Source: Candidatus Saccharimonadota bacterium
GTDB lineage: Bacteria; Patescibacteriota; Saccharimonadia; Saccharimonadales; JACOTW01
Reading direction: 5' to 3'
NCBI GenBank assembly: GCA_016178135.1
Contig: JACOTW010000002.1
Coordinates: forward strand, 77,043 to 141,042
Length of the DNA: 64,000 nucleotides
Shown: positions 25,038 to 37,429 of the stretch, one piece after another
Layout: the number at the start of each line of letters is the position of its first letter
Position numbering within the stretch: the first letter of the stretch is position 1
The notes under the pieces: generated by a model
The model's input: only the letters and a program-made list of their open reading frames with translations
What the model was told of the DNA's origin: nothing
Databases searched by the model: none
Translations under genes and position numbers: made by a program

Positions 25038-27920
25038 ATGATGACAGCTATATTAACTTTTTTTGGCATATTACTTGGCATAATGCTTGTGGCTTCGCCT
25101 GTTATATTTCTGCAAATTCGCAGAATATTGCGTGAACAGAAAAACTTTGAACGTGGTCTTAAGATGGTGCCTTTATTGATACATCTGCCACCTCCTAGCG
25201 ATGATACGGAAGTGGGTAGTCGAGATGTTCGAGACGTGTTAGATGAAAATATTTCTAAGGCCCAGATACTATACAACATTATATCTAGCACGCTCCAAAA
25301 AGGATTAAAGAGTCGCTTTTACGGACAGCGTCATATAACTTTTGAAATAGTTGGAAGCAAGGGTTTCGTGCATTTTTATGCTGCCGTGCCAGTTGCTTTG
25401 ATCGATGTAGTCAAGCAGGCAATCGTGAGTGCTTATCCAGCGGCCAGGCTAGAAGAGGTGGCAGAACACAATATTTTTAGTCCAATTGGTAAGATTAGTG
25501 GCACTATAGGAGGAGAGCTGACTCTCAAGGAGCATTATGCCTATCCTATTGCAACTTACCAGGATCTTAAGCGTGATGCCATGCAATCTTTGCTTAACTC
25601 TTTATCTACACTTGAAAAAGAAGATGGTGCTGGTATTCAGTTTTTGCTTCGTCCAGCCAATCCAGAATGGCGCAAAATTGCTTCGGGTATTTCTGCTAAA
25701 AAGCGTAAAGGTAAAGAATCCAAGAAAGGCCCAGACAAATTCTTCTCATGGACGCAACAACTGTTCACGGCCTTCACAAAGCCCCTTGAAGACAAAAGTG
25801 AAGGGGGTGGTGATAAGTCTAATTTATCTAGTCTAGATCAGGCGGTTTTGGATTCGATTGACGATAAAACCAGGAGTCCTGGATACGAGGTGCTAATAAG
25901 GATTGTGGCTTCTTCTAATATTTCTCAAAGAGCACAAGCTATTCTTAGTAATATAGTTGCAACTTTTGCACTTTTTGATGCTCAAGGGAAAAATGGCTTT
26001 AAATATACACCGGCAAAAGACATAGAGAAGTTTGTAACAGCTTACATATTGCGTTTCTTCCCCCAAGAAAATAATCAGAATATCTTGAATTCGGTGGAGC
26101 TGGCTACCTTATTTCACTTTCCAGATCAAGATAATATTCCAACTTCTCAACTTGAAAGACAGAACTCAAAACAGGTTGATGGACCACGCAACATCCCAGA
26201 AGAAGGATTTTTACTGGGCTATAATTTGTTCCGTGGTGTTAAAAAGCCCATTCGCATAAACCTAGAAGATCGTAGAAGGCATATGTATGTCGTTGGTCAG
26301 ACTGGTACGGGTAAATCTACTTTTCTTGAGAATCTGGCAATCCAAGACATGTTGAATGGTGAGGGTTTTGCTTTTGTTGATCCACACGGCGATGTAGCCG
26401 AGCGATTACTGGCTATGGTGCCACGTGAACGAACTGAAGATGTTGTCTATTTTGCGCCAGGGGATATGAACTATCCAATGGGCTTAAACCTTTTCGAATT
26501 TGACTCACCTGAACAAAAAGATTTTTTGATCCAAGAAGCAATTAATATGCTCTATAAATTGTATGATCCCCAGCATCAGGGAATTATCGGTCCGCGTTAT
26601 GAGCATTGGTTTCGTAATGCCGCATTAACATTGATGAGTGATCCGGGTGGCTCGACCTTTATAGATATTCCAAAGGTATTCACTGATAATAAATATGCCA
26701 AACAGAAACTTAAATTCGTTACAGATCAAACGGTTTTGGATTTTTGGAATAAAGAAATGGCCCAGACTAGTGATTATCACAAAAGTGAAGTGTTGGGATG
26801 GTTCGTAAGTAAATTCGGAGCGTTTCTTAGTAACGAAATGATGCGTAATATCATTGGTCAGACTAAAAGTGCCTTTGACCTTAGAGATATTATGGACAAC
26901 AAGAAGATACTCATAGTGAACCTTAGTAAAGGACGCACAGGAGAGTTGAACTCAAAACTTCTTGGTATGATCTTCGTTATGAAATTCCAGGCCGCGGCTA
27001 TGAGTAGAGCTAATATAGATGAGAATAAAAGGGTTGATTTCTCTTTGTATGTAGACGAATTTCAGAATTTTTCAACCGATTCTTTTGCTACTATTATGTC
27101 CGAAGCGCGTAAGTATCATTTAAACCTCATTGTGGCCAATCAGTTTACTACTCAGTTAACAGAAGAAATTAGAGATGCGGTATTTGGCAATATGGGCACT
27201 ATTGTTTCTTTTCGGGTTGGCCAAAATGATGTCGAGACTCTTTCTCGTTATTTCCAACCATTATTTGAGGCTGATGATTTGCTGCGCGTGCCGAACTTTA
27301 ACGCCATAGTCAGGACATTAGTAAACGGTGTTCCTACGCAATCATTCAGTATGGCTACAATGCCAGCACTTGGTAGACCAAACGCCCAGCTTGCTGTCGC
27401 CTTAAAACAGCTTTCGGCGGCAAAATTTGGACGCCCTAGGGCAAAAGTAGAAACTGAAATTTTTGCCCGCCTAACGACTATAGGAGAACCAAAGCCATCA
27501 TTTGACAGTCATCCTTTGCCACCGACCAGACCAAGAACTATGCCTCCTGTAAAATATCCTGCCAGCGGATCATCGTTTCTCGACGAATGGCTTGCCAAAA
27601 AACGTTCAAAAAACGTTCAAAAAACCAACAAACCCATATCTTCCGTTCCCCCACCGCTAACTCCAAAACAACCACAACAACAGCCAGCAGGACAAAATAT
27701 ATCAAGCAGTGAACTTCAAAGTAAAGAAATCACTCATATTGCTGACGAGTTACGGCAATCACTCCAAAAATCAGAAAAAAATGAAAAGCCAAAAGAAGAC
27801 TTAGTTAAGCAATCCTCGGAGGCTCAACTTTTAGTCGACGACACGAATGATAAACCCGAAGAAAAAGACACAATATATATAGATCAAGAAGGCAATATTC
27901 ATAATACTGATAGCAAGTAA
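25038..27920 (+). CDS. TraD/VirD4/TrwB-like (FtsK-HerA superfamily) membrane-anchored P-loop ATPase
   Basis: 960 aa with an N-terminal TM and a ~370-aa region of unknown fold. Walker A is 'VVGQTGTGKST', Walker B 'LYVDEFQNF', and 'LIVANQFTTQL' follows. The C-terminal tail is P/Q/K/E-rich and low-complexity. Confidence 0.65.
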   Translation: MMTAILTFFGILLGIMLVASPVIFLQIRRILREQKNFERGLKMVPLLIHLPPPSDDTEVGSRDVRDVLDENISKAQILYNIISSTLQKGLKSRFYGQRHITFEIVGSKGFVHFYAAVPVALIDVVKQAIVSAYPAARLEEVAEHNIFSPIGKISGTIGGELTLKEHYAYPIATYQDLKRDAMQSLLNSLSTLEKEDGAGIQFLLRPANPEWRKIASGISAKKRKGKESKKGPDKFFSWTQQLFTAFTKPLEDKSEGGGDKSNLSSLDQAVLDSIDDKTRSPGYEVLIRIVASSNISQRAQAILSNIVATFALFDAQGKNGFKYTPAKDIEKFVTAYILRFFPQENNQNILNSVELATLFHFPDQDNIPTSQLERQNSKQVDGPRNIPEEGFLLGYNLFRGVKKPIRINLEDRRRHMYVVGQTGTGKSTFLENLAIQDMLNGEGFAFVDPHGDVAERLLAMVPRERTEDVVYFAPGDMNYPMGLNLFEFDSPEQKDFLIQEAINMLYKLYDPQHQGIIGPRYEHWFRNAALTLMSDPGGSTFIDIPKVFTDNKYAKQKLKFVTDQTVLDFWNKEMAQTSDYHKSEVLGWFVSKFGAFLSNEMMRNIIGQTKSAFDLRDIMDNKKILIVNLSKGRTGELNSKLLGMIFVMKFQAAAMSRANIDENKRVDFSLYVDEFQNFSTDSFATIMSEARKYHLNLIVANQFTTQLTEEIRDAVFGNMGTIVSFRVGQNDVETLSRYFQPLFEADDLLRVPNFNAIVRTLVNGVPTQSFSMATMPALGRPNAQLAVALKQLSAAKFGRPRAKVETEIFARLTTIGEPKPSFDSHPLPPTRPRTMPPVKYPASGSSFLDEWLAKKRSKNVQKTNKPISSVPPPLTPKQPQQQPAGQNISSSELQSKEITHIADELRQSLQKSEKNEKPKEDLVKQSSEAQLLVDDTNDKPEEKDTIYIDQEGNIHNTDSK

Positions 27921-27933
27921 GCAGTTCACTTAA

Positions 27934-30096
<2,163 letters not shown>

Positions 30097-30097
30097 T

Positions 30098-32686
30098 ATG
30101 GATGATGAACAAGTAAAATCTACAAATAATATTAACGAACCTGTAAGTGTGCCACAAGCAGGCAATTCATTTGAACGAGCTGGCGAAATGGTCGACAGTG
30201 ATCATTCTAGAAGTATAGAATTACGAACCGTCGAAGATGTTATGGAGGATAGCTACCTTCGTTATTCAATGAGCGTTATTGTGGCTAGGGCATTGCCGGA
30301 TGTTCGTGATGGCATGAAACCAGTGCATCGACGCATTTTGTATTCTATGGATAAAAATGGTTGGCGACCAGGTAGCAAGTTTGTAAAAAGTGCTCGTATT
30401 ACAGGTGATGTCATGGGTAAGTATCACCCTCACGGTGATGTAGCTATCTATGATGCTATGGTTCGTTTGGCCCAAGATTGGTCAACGCGCTACTTGCTAG
30501 TTGATGGTCAAGGTAACTTTGGTTCAATGGATGGCGATCCGCCAGCTGCGCAACGCTATACCGAAGCTCGGATGGCTAAGGCTGGTGCGGCCATGATGGA
30601 AGATATAGACAAAGACACAGTGCCATTTAGAGATAATTATGATGGATCAGAACAAGAACCAGAAGTTTTACCAGCTAAATTACCCAACTTATTATTAAAT
30701 GGTCAAATCGGTATTGCGGTCGGTATGGCTACAAATATCCCACCACATAACATCAGCGAAATTATTGATGCTACCGTGCAACTGATAGATAAGCCAGACT
30801 CAACAGTCGATGATTTGCTTGAATATGTGAAGGGGCCAGATTTTCCGACAGGTGGTGTTGTTTATGGAAAAGAGTCTATCCGTACCGCGCTGGCAACTGG
30901 TAGGGGGGGAGTGGTAGTTCGTGGTGTGGCCTCTGTTGAAGAAAACAAAAAAGGCCTGCAACAGATTATTATTTCTGAAGTACCCTATCAAGTGAATAAA
31001 GCTAGTTTGCTAGAAAAGATTGCCGAACTCTATAAAGATAAAAAGATTTCTGGCATCCGCGATCTTCGTGATGAAACTGCTCGCGGGGTGGTGCGTATTG
31101 TTATAGACCTTAAAAAAGATGCATATCCCAAGAAATTGCTTAACCAACTGTATAAATTGACACCTTTGCAACAAACCTTCCACTACAATATGCTAGCCCT
31201 AATTGATGGCATACAGCCACGCGTACTTGGTCTACAGGATATTTTGCAAGAGTACATTAAGCATCGTCAAGTTGTGATACGTCGGCGAACCGAATTTGAA
31301 CTTCGCAAGGCTAAAGATCGGGCACATATACTGGAAGGACTTAAGATCGCTCTTGACCACATAGATGAGGTCATTAAAACTATCCGCGCCTCACAAACCA
31401 CTGACGAGGCCCAGATTAATTTAATAAAACAGTTCAAGTTATCTGAAATTCAAGCTAAAGCCATCTTGGCCATGCAACTACGTACGTTGACCGGCCTACA
31501 ACGACAAGAAATTGAAAATGAGCTATCCCAGCTACTAAAATTGATCACTGAATTAGAGGATATTTTGGCTGACGAAAAGAAAATACTTAAGATTATTAAA
31601 ACTGAATTGCTTGAGATGAAAAAACAGTTTGGCGATGATCGTCGCACCAAAGTCGTTTTGAGTGAACTTGGAAAAATGAGTGATGAAGATCTTGTGCCAG
31701 ACGAGCAAGTAGTGGTTACACTTACTAGTGCCAACTATATTAAGCGGAGCCAGATTGCTGACTATCGTCGTCAAAATAGAGGTGGTAAAGGTAAGCGCGG
31801 TATGGCCACGCGTGAGGAAGACGTAATAGAGCATGTCGTGAATGCAAGTACACACGATTTCTTGCTATTCTTTACCAATAAGGGTCGAGTATTTCGTATT
31901 AAAACTTATGAAGTGCCAGCTGTTGGTCTGAACGCAAAGGGAATTGCTATAGTAAATCTATTGCAATTACAGCCAGAGGAAACTGTTAGTTCGGTTATAA
32001 ACGTCAGTAGGCAATCACGGGGTGGAAACTTACTTATGTGCACGGTTCGGGGCGTGGTTAAGAAAACACCATTTGAGCAGTATCAAAATGTTCGCCAGAC
32101 TGGCCTGATTGCTATCAACCTTGACGAGGGTGATGAACTTAAATGGATTCGTATGACTACTGGTAATAACGAGGTGATTATATCTACCCAGCAAGGTCAG
32201 GCTATTCGTTTCCACGAAAAAGATGCTCGTCCCATGGGTCGCGTTAGTCGTGGTGTTCGTGGTATTCGTTTGCGTGCTGGTGATCAAGTCATCGGTATGG
32301 ATATCGTAGAAGAGGGTAGCAGTATTTTTGTCATAAGTGAAAAGGGATATGGTAAGCGCACCAAGATTGCCCAATTTACAGCCCATGCTCGTGGTGGCGT
32401 AGGTATAAGATCGGCAGTGGTCAACGACAAAACCGGTCAATTAATTGGCGTTAAAACACTAAATGGAGACGATACCCAAGAGGTAATCATCATATCTAAG
32501 AACGGTCAGACAATCCGTTTGGGCCTAAAAGATACACCATCTATTAGCCGCGCTACTCAAGGTGTACGCATAATGCGTCTTTCAGAAGATGATCGAGTTG
32601 TATCCCTGGCCCTAGTAGACAAAGCCCAAGACGACGAAGCAGAAGGGCCAGAAGAAGAAGCTGTTGAAGCCCCTGAAAAAGCTTAA
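30098..32686 (+). CDS. gyrA: DNA gyrase subunit A
   Basis: '[19 protein letters not shown]', '[17 protein letters not shown]' and the active-site '[10 protein letters not shown]'. The C-terminal beta-pinwheel repeats end in an acidic tail. Confidence 0.95.
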   Translation: MDDEQVKSTNNINEPVSVPQAGNSFERAGEMVDSDHSRSIELRTVEDVMEDSYLRYSMSVIVARALPDVRDGMKPVHRRILYSMDKNGWRPGSKFVKSARITGDVMGKYHPHGDVAIYDAMVRLAQDWSTRYLLVDGQGNFGSMDGDPPAAQRYTEARMAKAGAAMMEDIDKDTVPFRDNYDGSEQEPEVLPAKLPNLLLNGQIGIAVGMATNIPPHNISEIIDATVQLIDKPDSTVDDLLEYVKGPDFPTGGVVYGKESIRTALATGRGGVVVRGVASVEENKKGLQQIIISEVPYQVNKASLLEKIAELYKDKKISGIRDLRDETARGVVRIVIDLKKDAYPKKLLNQLYKLTPLQQTFHYNMLALIDGIQPRVLGLQDILQEYIKHRQVVIRRRTEFELRKAKDRAHILEGLKIALDHIDEVIKTIRASQTTDEAQINLIKQFKLSEIQAKAILAMQLRTLTGLQRQEIENELSQLLKLITELEDILADEKKILKIIKTELLEMKKQFGDDRRTKVVLSELGKMSDEDLVPDEQVVVTLTSANYIKRSQIADYRRQNRGGKGKRGMATREEDVIEHVVNASTHDFLLFFTNKGRVFRIKTYEVPAVGLNAKGIAIVNLLQLQPEETVSSVINVSRQSRGGNLLMCTVRGVVKKTPFEQYQNVRQTGLIAINLDEGDELKWIRMTTGNNEVIISTQQGQAIRFHEKDARPMGRVSRGVRGIRLRAGDQVIGMDIVEEGSSIFVISEKGYGKRTKIAQFTAHARGGVGIRSAVVNDKTGQLIGVKTLNGDDTQEVIIISKNGQTIRLGLKDTPSISRATQGVRIMRLSEDDRVVSLALVDKAQDDEAEGPEEEAVEAPEKA

Positions 32687-32724
32687 GCTTAAGATTGAAC
32701 TGGCGCTACAGGGTCGCACCCTAT

Positions 32725-32801
32725 ACTGAACCTGTCGCAAAGCTCCCCCATCCCCAGACCAACTAATCTCGGTTGATAGCGGTCTGCCTTCTTTCGATGT
32801 A
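32725..32801. mobile_element. Family A half-copy (A9), ending at the central TA
   Basis: ACTGAACCTGTCGCAAAGCTCCCCCATCCCCAGACC...CTTTCGATGTA is followed directly by a family B terminus. Confidence 0.75.
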
Positions 32802-32928
32802 TAGCCCCCGCAAAACAAATTCCCGACTTTTCGAATCACCCTCTTTGGCCCAAAACCGCCTTTCCTCGTTCAACGTATCTAAGGATATGTCTCTCTCGGA
32901 AAAGTCAGTTTTTGGCTCAAAGATCATT
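32802..32928. mobile_element. Family B (beta) element, inverted and truncated (B5)
   Basis: TAGCCCCCGCAAAACAAATTCCCGACTTTTCGAATCACCC... is the reverse complement of the right part of 37633-37796. Confidence 0.8.
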
Positions 32929-32976
32929 CAGAATGATATGTTGTAAATGCTACTGCTTATATAGCCAAAAATAGTA

Positions 32977-33006
32977 TTGACACATCTGTATTGAGCGAGT
33001 TAAGAT
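32977..33006 (+). promoter_or_regulatory. Candidate sigma70-type promoter of the 16S transcription unit
   Basis: TTGACA (32977-32982), then 17-18 nt, then TTAAGAT (33000-33006). Confidence 0.55.
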
Positions 33007-33063
33007 GTACTCTACGCTTCGTGAGTGCTTGTATTTGGGTGTCTTGTGAGGTGTTTGAACGTT

Positions 33064-33096
33064 AAAAACTTATATAGTGCAAATCAACGTCAGTTC
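33064..33096 (+). other. 5' half of the 16S precursor processing stem
   Basis: AAAAACTTATATAGTGCAAATCAACGTCAGTTC is complementary to 35789-35823 (GAACTTGACGTTTGATTTGCACTATAAAAGTTTTT). Confidence 0.7.
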
Positions 33097-33299
33097 ATAT
33101 TGAACTATGTTTTGAAAATTAAGTCAGAATTCTAGATTTTCTAGATGTTCGACTGAAGTTCATGATTAGATTCTTTTTTGGAGAGTTTGATCCTGGCTCA
33201 GGATGAACCTCGCTCCGTAGGAGCGGTGAATTGTTGTCGGCGTTTACGCCGCCAGCGTTCATGTGGTTTATCTTGGCCTTGACCAGCCTTCATTTTTTT

Positions 33300-33346
<47 letters not shown>

Positions 33347-34254
33347 TACATGCAAGTCGAGCGGAAAGGTTCTGCACTTAGTATTTGACTTCGGTAAGTC
33401 CCGCATATGCGGGATACTGCCAAGAAACGTATTTTCTAGGCTAGAAAATACTGTCGAATTTTAAGTGTAGAATACTCGAGCGGCGGACGGCTGAGTAACA
33501 CGTAGGAACGTACCCCAAAGTGAGGGATAAGCACCAGAAATGGTGTCTAATACCGCATGTGATCTTCGGATTAAAGGATTTATCCGCTTTGGGAACGGCC
33601 TGCGCATGATTAGCTTGTTGGTGAGGTAAAAGCTCACCAAGGCGATGATCATTAGCTGGTCTGAGAGGATGACCAGCCAGACTGGGACTGAGAACGGCCC
33701 AGACTCCTACGGGAGGCAGCAGTAGGGAATTTTCCACAATGGGCGAAAGCCTGATGGAGCAACGCCGCGTGCAGGATGAATGCCTTAGGGTTGTAAACTG
33801 CTTTTATCTGTGAAGATTATGACGGTAGCAGATGAATAAGGATCGGCTAACTCCGTGCCAGCAGCCGCGGTCATACGGGGGATCCAAGCGTTATCCGGAA
33901 TTACTGGGCGTAAAGAGTTGCGTAGGTGGCAGAGTAAGTAGGTAGTGAAAGCGTCCCGCTCAACGGGATATACATTACCTAAACTGCTCAGCTAGAGGGC
34001 GAGAGAGGTTACTAGAATTCCTTGTGTAGGAGTGAAATCCGTAGATATAAGGAGGAATACCGATGGCGTAGGCAGGTAACTGGCTCGTCCCTGACACTAA
34101 GGCACGAAAGCGTGGGGAGCGACCGGGATTAGATACCCCGTTAGTCCACGCCGTAAACGATGGATGCTAGCTGTTAACCGTATCGACCCGGTTAGTAGCG
34201 AAGCTAACGCGTTAAGCATCCCGCCTGTGGAGTACGGTCGCAAGACTAAAACAT

Positions 34255-34290
<36 letters not shown>

Positions 34291-34393
34291 GTGTTCTTTA
34301 ATTCGATGGTAAGCGAAGAACCTTACCAGGGTTTGACATCCTTGGAATTTCTCTGAAAGGAGAAAGTGCTTTATTGAGCCAAGTGACAGGTGT

Positions 34394-34440
<47 letters not shown>

Positions 34441-34724
34441 TCAACGAGCGCAACCCTTATAGTTAGTTGGATTTTTCTAGCTAGACTGCCCCGGTAACGG
34501 GGAGGAAGGAGGGGATGATGTCAGGTCAGTATTACCCTTACACCCTGGGCTAGAAACACGCTACAATGGCCGGTACAAAGGGCTGCCAAGTCGCGAGACG
34601 GAGCAAATCCCATCAAAGCCGGTCTCAGTTCGGATAGCAGGCTGAAACTCGCCTGCTTGAAGCTGGAATCGCTAGTAACGGTAGGTCAGCACACTACCGT
34701 GAATACGTTCCCGGGTCTTGTACA

Positions 34725-35525
34725 AAATAAATGCGCCTGGCAGCGCATTGGACTAAGTGGTGTAAATCCACTTTCATAGCTGCGAGCAGGGCATCTCTGG
34801 TAACAGAATGCCTGAAGGGCTCTATATGCGAATAGTAGTCTTTACAATCAAAAGGCGCTTCGACCCTACAATGTGTACATAGGGGAAGAAGACAAGAAAA
34901 GCCTGTAAGGAATGCTAGAAATAGCCCAATGCGTGACCCAGGGAGATCCTGTTGTCGAAGAGTAATTGTTTCGCTGCATAAGCGAATAGACAGCAGGAAG
35001 TCAGCTGAGTTCATAGTATTTTTTATAGTAAAATGTAAAGAAGAAGGAATGAACCTTATGCTGAATCCACAATACATTGTTGGTTTTGTTGACGGAGAAG
35101 GGTGCTTTAGCATCACTATCAATAAAAACGGCGATAGGTTACCAGAAGTTCGTCTCATTTTTGAGATAGAACTTCGGGAAGATGACGAACCAATCTTGCG
35201 AGAGATCCGAAAAGTTCTTGATTGCGGTAATATTTACCACTTAGAGTACGAGCGTTATGCCAAATGGCGACCGCACGTTAAGCTTAAAGTCAGCAATTTT
35301 AATGACATATCGCAAAAGATTATTCCATTTTTTCAACGGTATCCACTTCAAGCAAAGAAGCGTTTGCAGTTTGAACAGTTTTGCTTAGTTGCAGAGCTTA
35401 TAAAGCGCAAACAACATCTTACAATTGAAGGAGTAGAGCAGATTCGAACCTTAAGGCATAAGGACTCGCGTAGTGCGTTAGACGCGCACGCTACGTGGGG
35501 AGCGCCGGAAATTACCCGAGCGCAA
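34725..35525 (+). mobile_element. Intervening sequence / intron-like insertion in 16S at about E. coli 1396/1397
   Basis: The flanks reconstruct the universal ...CTTGTACA|CACCGCCCGTCA... (the 1392-1406 primer site). It carries a homing-endonuclease ORF. Confidence 0.85.
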
Positions 35526-35546
35526 TCACCGCCCGTCAAACCATGA
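35049..35546 (+). CDS. LAGLIDADG homing endonuclease (single-motif type) encoded in the 16S insertion
   Basis: 'YIVGFVDGEGCFSI' is the LAGLIDADG motif, and 'IIPFFQRYPLQAKK' is paralogous to the 23S intron ORF at 40707. The frame runs 21 nt into the downstream 16S exon before its TGA. The alternative start is 35058. Confidence 0.85.
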   Translation: MNLMLNPQYIVGFVDGEGCFSITINKNGDRLPEVRLIFEIELREDDEPILREIRKVLDCGNIYHLEYERYAKWRPHVKLKVSNFNDISQKIIPFFQRYPLQAKKRLQFEQFCLVAELIKRKQHLTIEGVEQIRTLRHKDSRSALDAHATWGAPEITRAQSPPVKP

Positions 35547-35833
35547 AAGTCGCCAATACCTGACGTCTGCACTTGCTGCGGCCTAAGGTAGGGGAGATGA
35601 TTGGGGTTAAGTCGTAACAAGGTATCCGTACCGGAAGGTGCGGATGGATTACCTCCTTTCTAGGGAGAAAACTAGCATCATGCGGAGCAATCCTGTGAGA
35701 GCTAGGTCGGTCTTGGTGAGTTGTAATATCAGTACTGACAACTCACATATCCCGCATATGCGGGACAAGATTTCAGTTCTGTAACTACGAACTTGACGTT
35801 TGATTTGCACTATAAAAGTTTTTAAAATATAGA

Positions 35834-35860
35834 GAGCCCTCTGTTGAGGGTTCTTTTTGT
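35834..35860 (+). terminator. Rho-independent terminator after the 16S unit
   Basis: GAGCCCTC-TGTT-GAGGGTTC followed by TTTTTGTTT, just 3' of the processing stem. Confidence 0.6.
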
Positions 35861-35962
35861 TTGACAAAACGAAGACGAAGATTGACAAAATAACAAGCTT
35901 ATGCTAATATAAAAGTTGTAATATGTAATAATTGATTATTTTGTAAAAGGAAAAGCAATAAT

Positions 35963-36304
35963 ATGACACGTAAAGTAGAAGAAAGAGAACTATTCTATAG
36001 TATTGATAGTGAAGGAAATATTGATCCGAGACACAAGTTGGTAGGTGCCTTAGCTGCAGGTTTTGCCACAGCTTTAGAAGATAATGGTTACATATCAGGC
36101 GGGGTTTATCAAGCAGGCATGCAAGCTATTTCACAAGGAAGTGAATACATGGCAGGATCTGCATGGGTTGGTGTGGGAGGTAGTTGGGGTGATCAGGTTG
36201 GTTTTAAAACTGACCAATACCCCGTACTCAGCGAAGAACAACAACATGATCTTGACACGGCCATAGGACTTGCCAAAGATATTGCAGGATTAACCAAATT
36301 ATAA
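35963..36304 (+). CDS. Hypothetical protein (Gly/Ala-rich) lying between 16S and 23S
   Basis: 113-aa ORF with SD AAAGGAAAAG upstream. No motif is recognised. Confidence 0.45.
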   Translation: MTRKVEERELFYSIDSEGNIDPRHKLVGALAAGFATALEDNGYISGGVYQAGMQAISQGSEYMAGSAWVGVGGSWGDQVGFKTDQYPVLSEEQQHDLDTAIGLAKDIAGLTKL

Positions 36305-36381
36305 ATGTAAGTTATATTATCGGTGAGGGGTAATGTATTGCTATGATTGTGATGGCTGAAAGCACTAGCAAGGAAAAGTTT

Positions 36382-36768
36382 TTAGATTTTGTCTGTAACT
36401 TTTGTAAGCAATAATTTTGCTACGGTTTGACCTGCTTCAAGAGTTATTGGGTTTTGACTGGCATTGAATAATTCAAGTGTAAGTGGGTTGTTCGTCCCAG
36501 GCTCAATAAATGTAGAAGACTGCTCAACGGACAGACCTTGCCTAGCAAGCGAGGCGCGACCTTCAACAAACCCGCAAATGTCATTGCTAAGATGTATTGT
36601 TTCAGCCGTTTCTACTGTTAAGAATTCTTTTGGTGTTAGTAGCAAATCTGAACTACCGCCAAGATGTAAATCTACATGAGCTGGCCCCAACCATTCAGGG
36701 TTGAAAGGCTCAATTTTTATCTTATCAAGTTCAATAGCTGCAAGTATCGCTTTTTTCGAGAAGATCAT
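36382..36768 (-). CDS. dcd: dCTP deaminase / dUTPase-superfamily protein (short form)
   Basis: 'IKIEPFNPEWLGPAHVDLHLG' and 'GFVEGRASLARQGLSV...PGTNNPLTLELFN' match the dCTP deaminase beta-barrel signature. At 128 aa it is shorter than typical Dcd. Confidence 0.65.
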   Translation of the reverse strand: MIFSKKAILAAIELDKIKIEPFNPEWLGPAHVDLHLGGSSDLLLTPKEFLTVETAETIHLSNDICGFVEGRASLARQGLSVEQSSTFIEPGTNNPLTLELFNASQNPITLEAGQTVAKLLLTKVTDKI

Positions 36769-37056
36769 GAAGCTATTTTACAATATATTCAGTTAATAAG
36801 CATAAGCGTCCGGAAATTTATAATGGCTCGGTTGCAACTTTTGCCTTTGGCTGACTCACGGCCCCGACTTATCTCAGGTAATAACTTAGGGCGATGAGGG
36901 GCAAACGCACGACTACACCCGTTCTCGGAGTAAACTCCTGCGAGCGGGCTTGTCGACCGAGCCTCCGACTTCCGTATTGCTGAAGCAATCCGAGTCGGAG
37001 AACCGAGGCGCTTCATTCACCAATGAAGAAGCCCCACTTGCGTGGGGCATCTTCAT

Positions 37057-37133
37057 TGGTGGGCGATGAGGGACTCGAACCTCCGACCTCGTCATTATCA
37101 GTGACGCGCTCTAACCAGCTGAGCTAATCGCCC
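37057..37133 (-). tRNA. tRNA-Ile (anticodon GAT)
   Basis: Reverse complement: GGGCGAT TA GCTC AGCTGGTT AGAGC G CGTCA CTGATAA TGACG AGGTC GGAGG TTCGAGT CCCTC ATCGCCC ACCA. Confidence 0.9.
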
Positions 37134-37232
37134 ACATCATGTGGATTTTAAGATGTAAATGTATCTGCTAACTGAGGTGTTAACGACCGGTTAGCGTGCG
37201 TTATGCGCTATATAATTTTGCAGTAAACTGCG

Positions 37233-37260
37233 CCAGCTGAGCTAATCGCCCTTGGTGGAG
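37233..37260 (-). pseudogene. tRNA gene fragments: 19-nt copy of the tRNA-Ile 5' end fused to a tRNA 3' end (CTCCACCA)
   Basis: The minus strand reads ...CTCCACCA-A-GGGCGATTAGCTCAGCTGG and then diverges. The 19 nt are identical to tRNA-Ile positions 1-19, and CTCCACCA equals the tRNA-Ala 3' end. Confidence 0.6.
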
Positions 37261-37294
37261 ATGCTTTGCTTGCGCATCGCACCCCCATGTAATT

Positions 37295-37371
37295 TGGTGG
37301 AGCGTCGGGGACTCGAACCCCGGACCCCCTGCTTGCAAAGCAGGTGCTCTAGCCAACTGAGCTAACGCCCC
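37295..37371 (-). tRNA. tRNA-Ala (anticodon TGC)
   Basis: Reverse complement: GGGGCGT TA GCTC AGTTGGCT AGAGC A CCTGC TTTGCAA GCAGG GGGTC CGGGG TTCGAGT CCCCG ACGCTCC ACCA. The G3:U70 identity pair is present. Confidence 0.9.
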
Positions 37372-37429
37372 ACAGGAAATTACTCGAGTAATTCTACCTA
37401 AAAAGGCCCTTTATTACAAGGTTTACGGA

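Noticed and set aside
36790-37056. tmRNA, SRP RNA or 6S RNA in the GC-rich spacer next to tRNA-Ile, and also in 16210-16378.
   Set aside because: I did not see the tmRNA tRNA-like ends or tag ORF, the SRP helix-8 GGAA / AGCAGCC motif, or a 6S-type long bulged hairpin. Both are left as unassigned candidates only.
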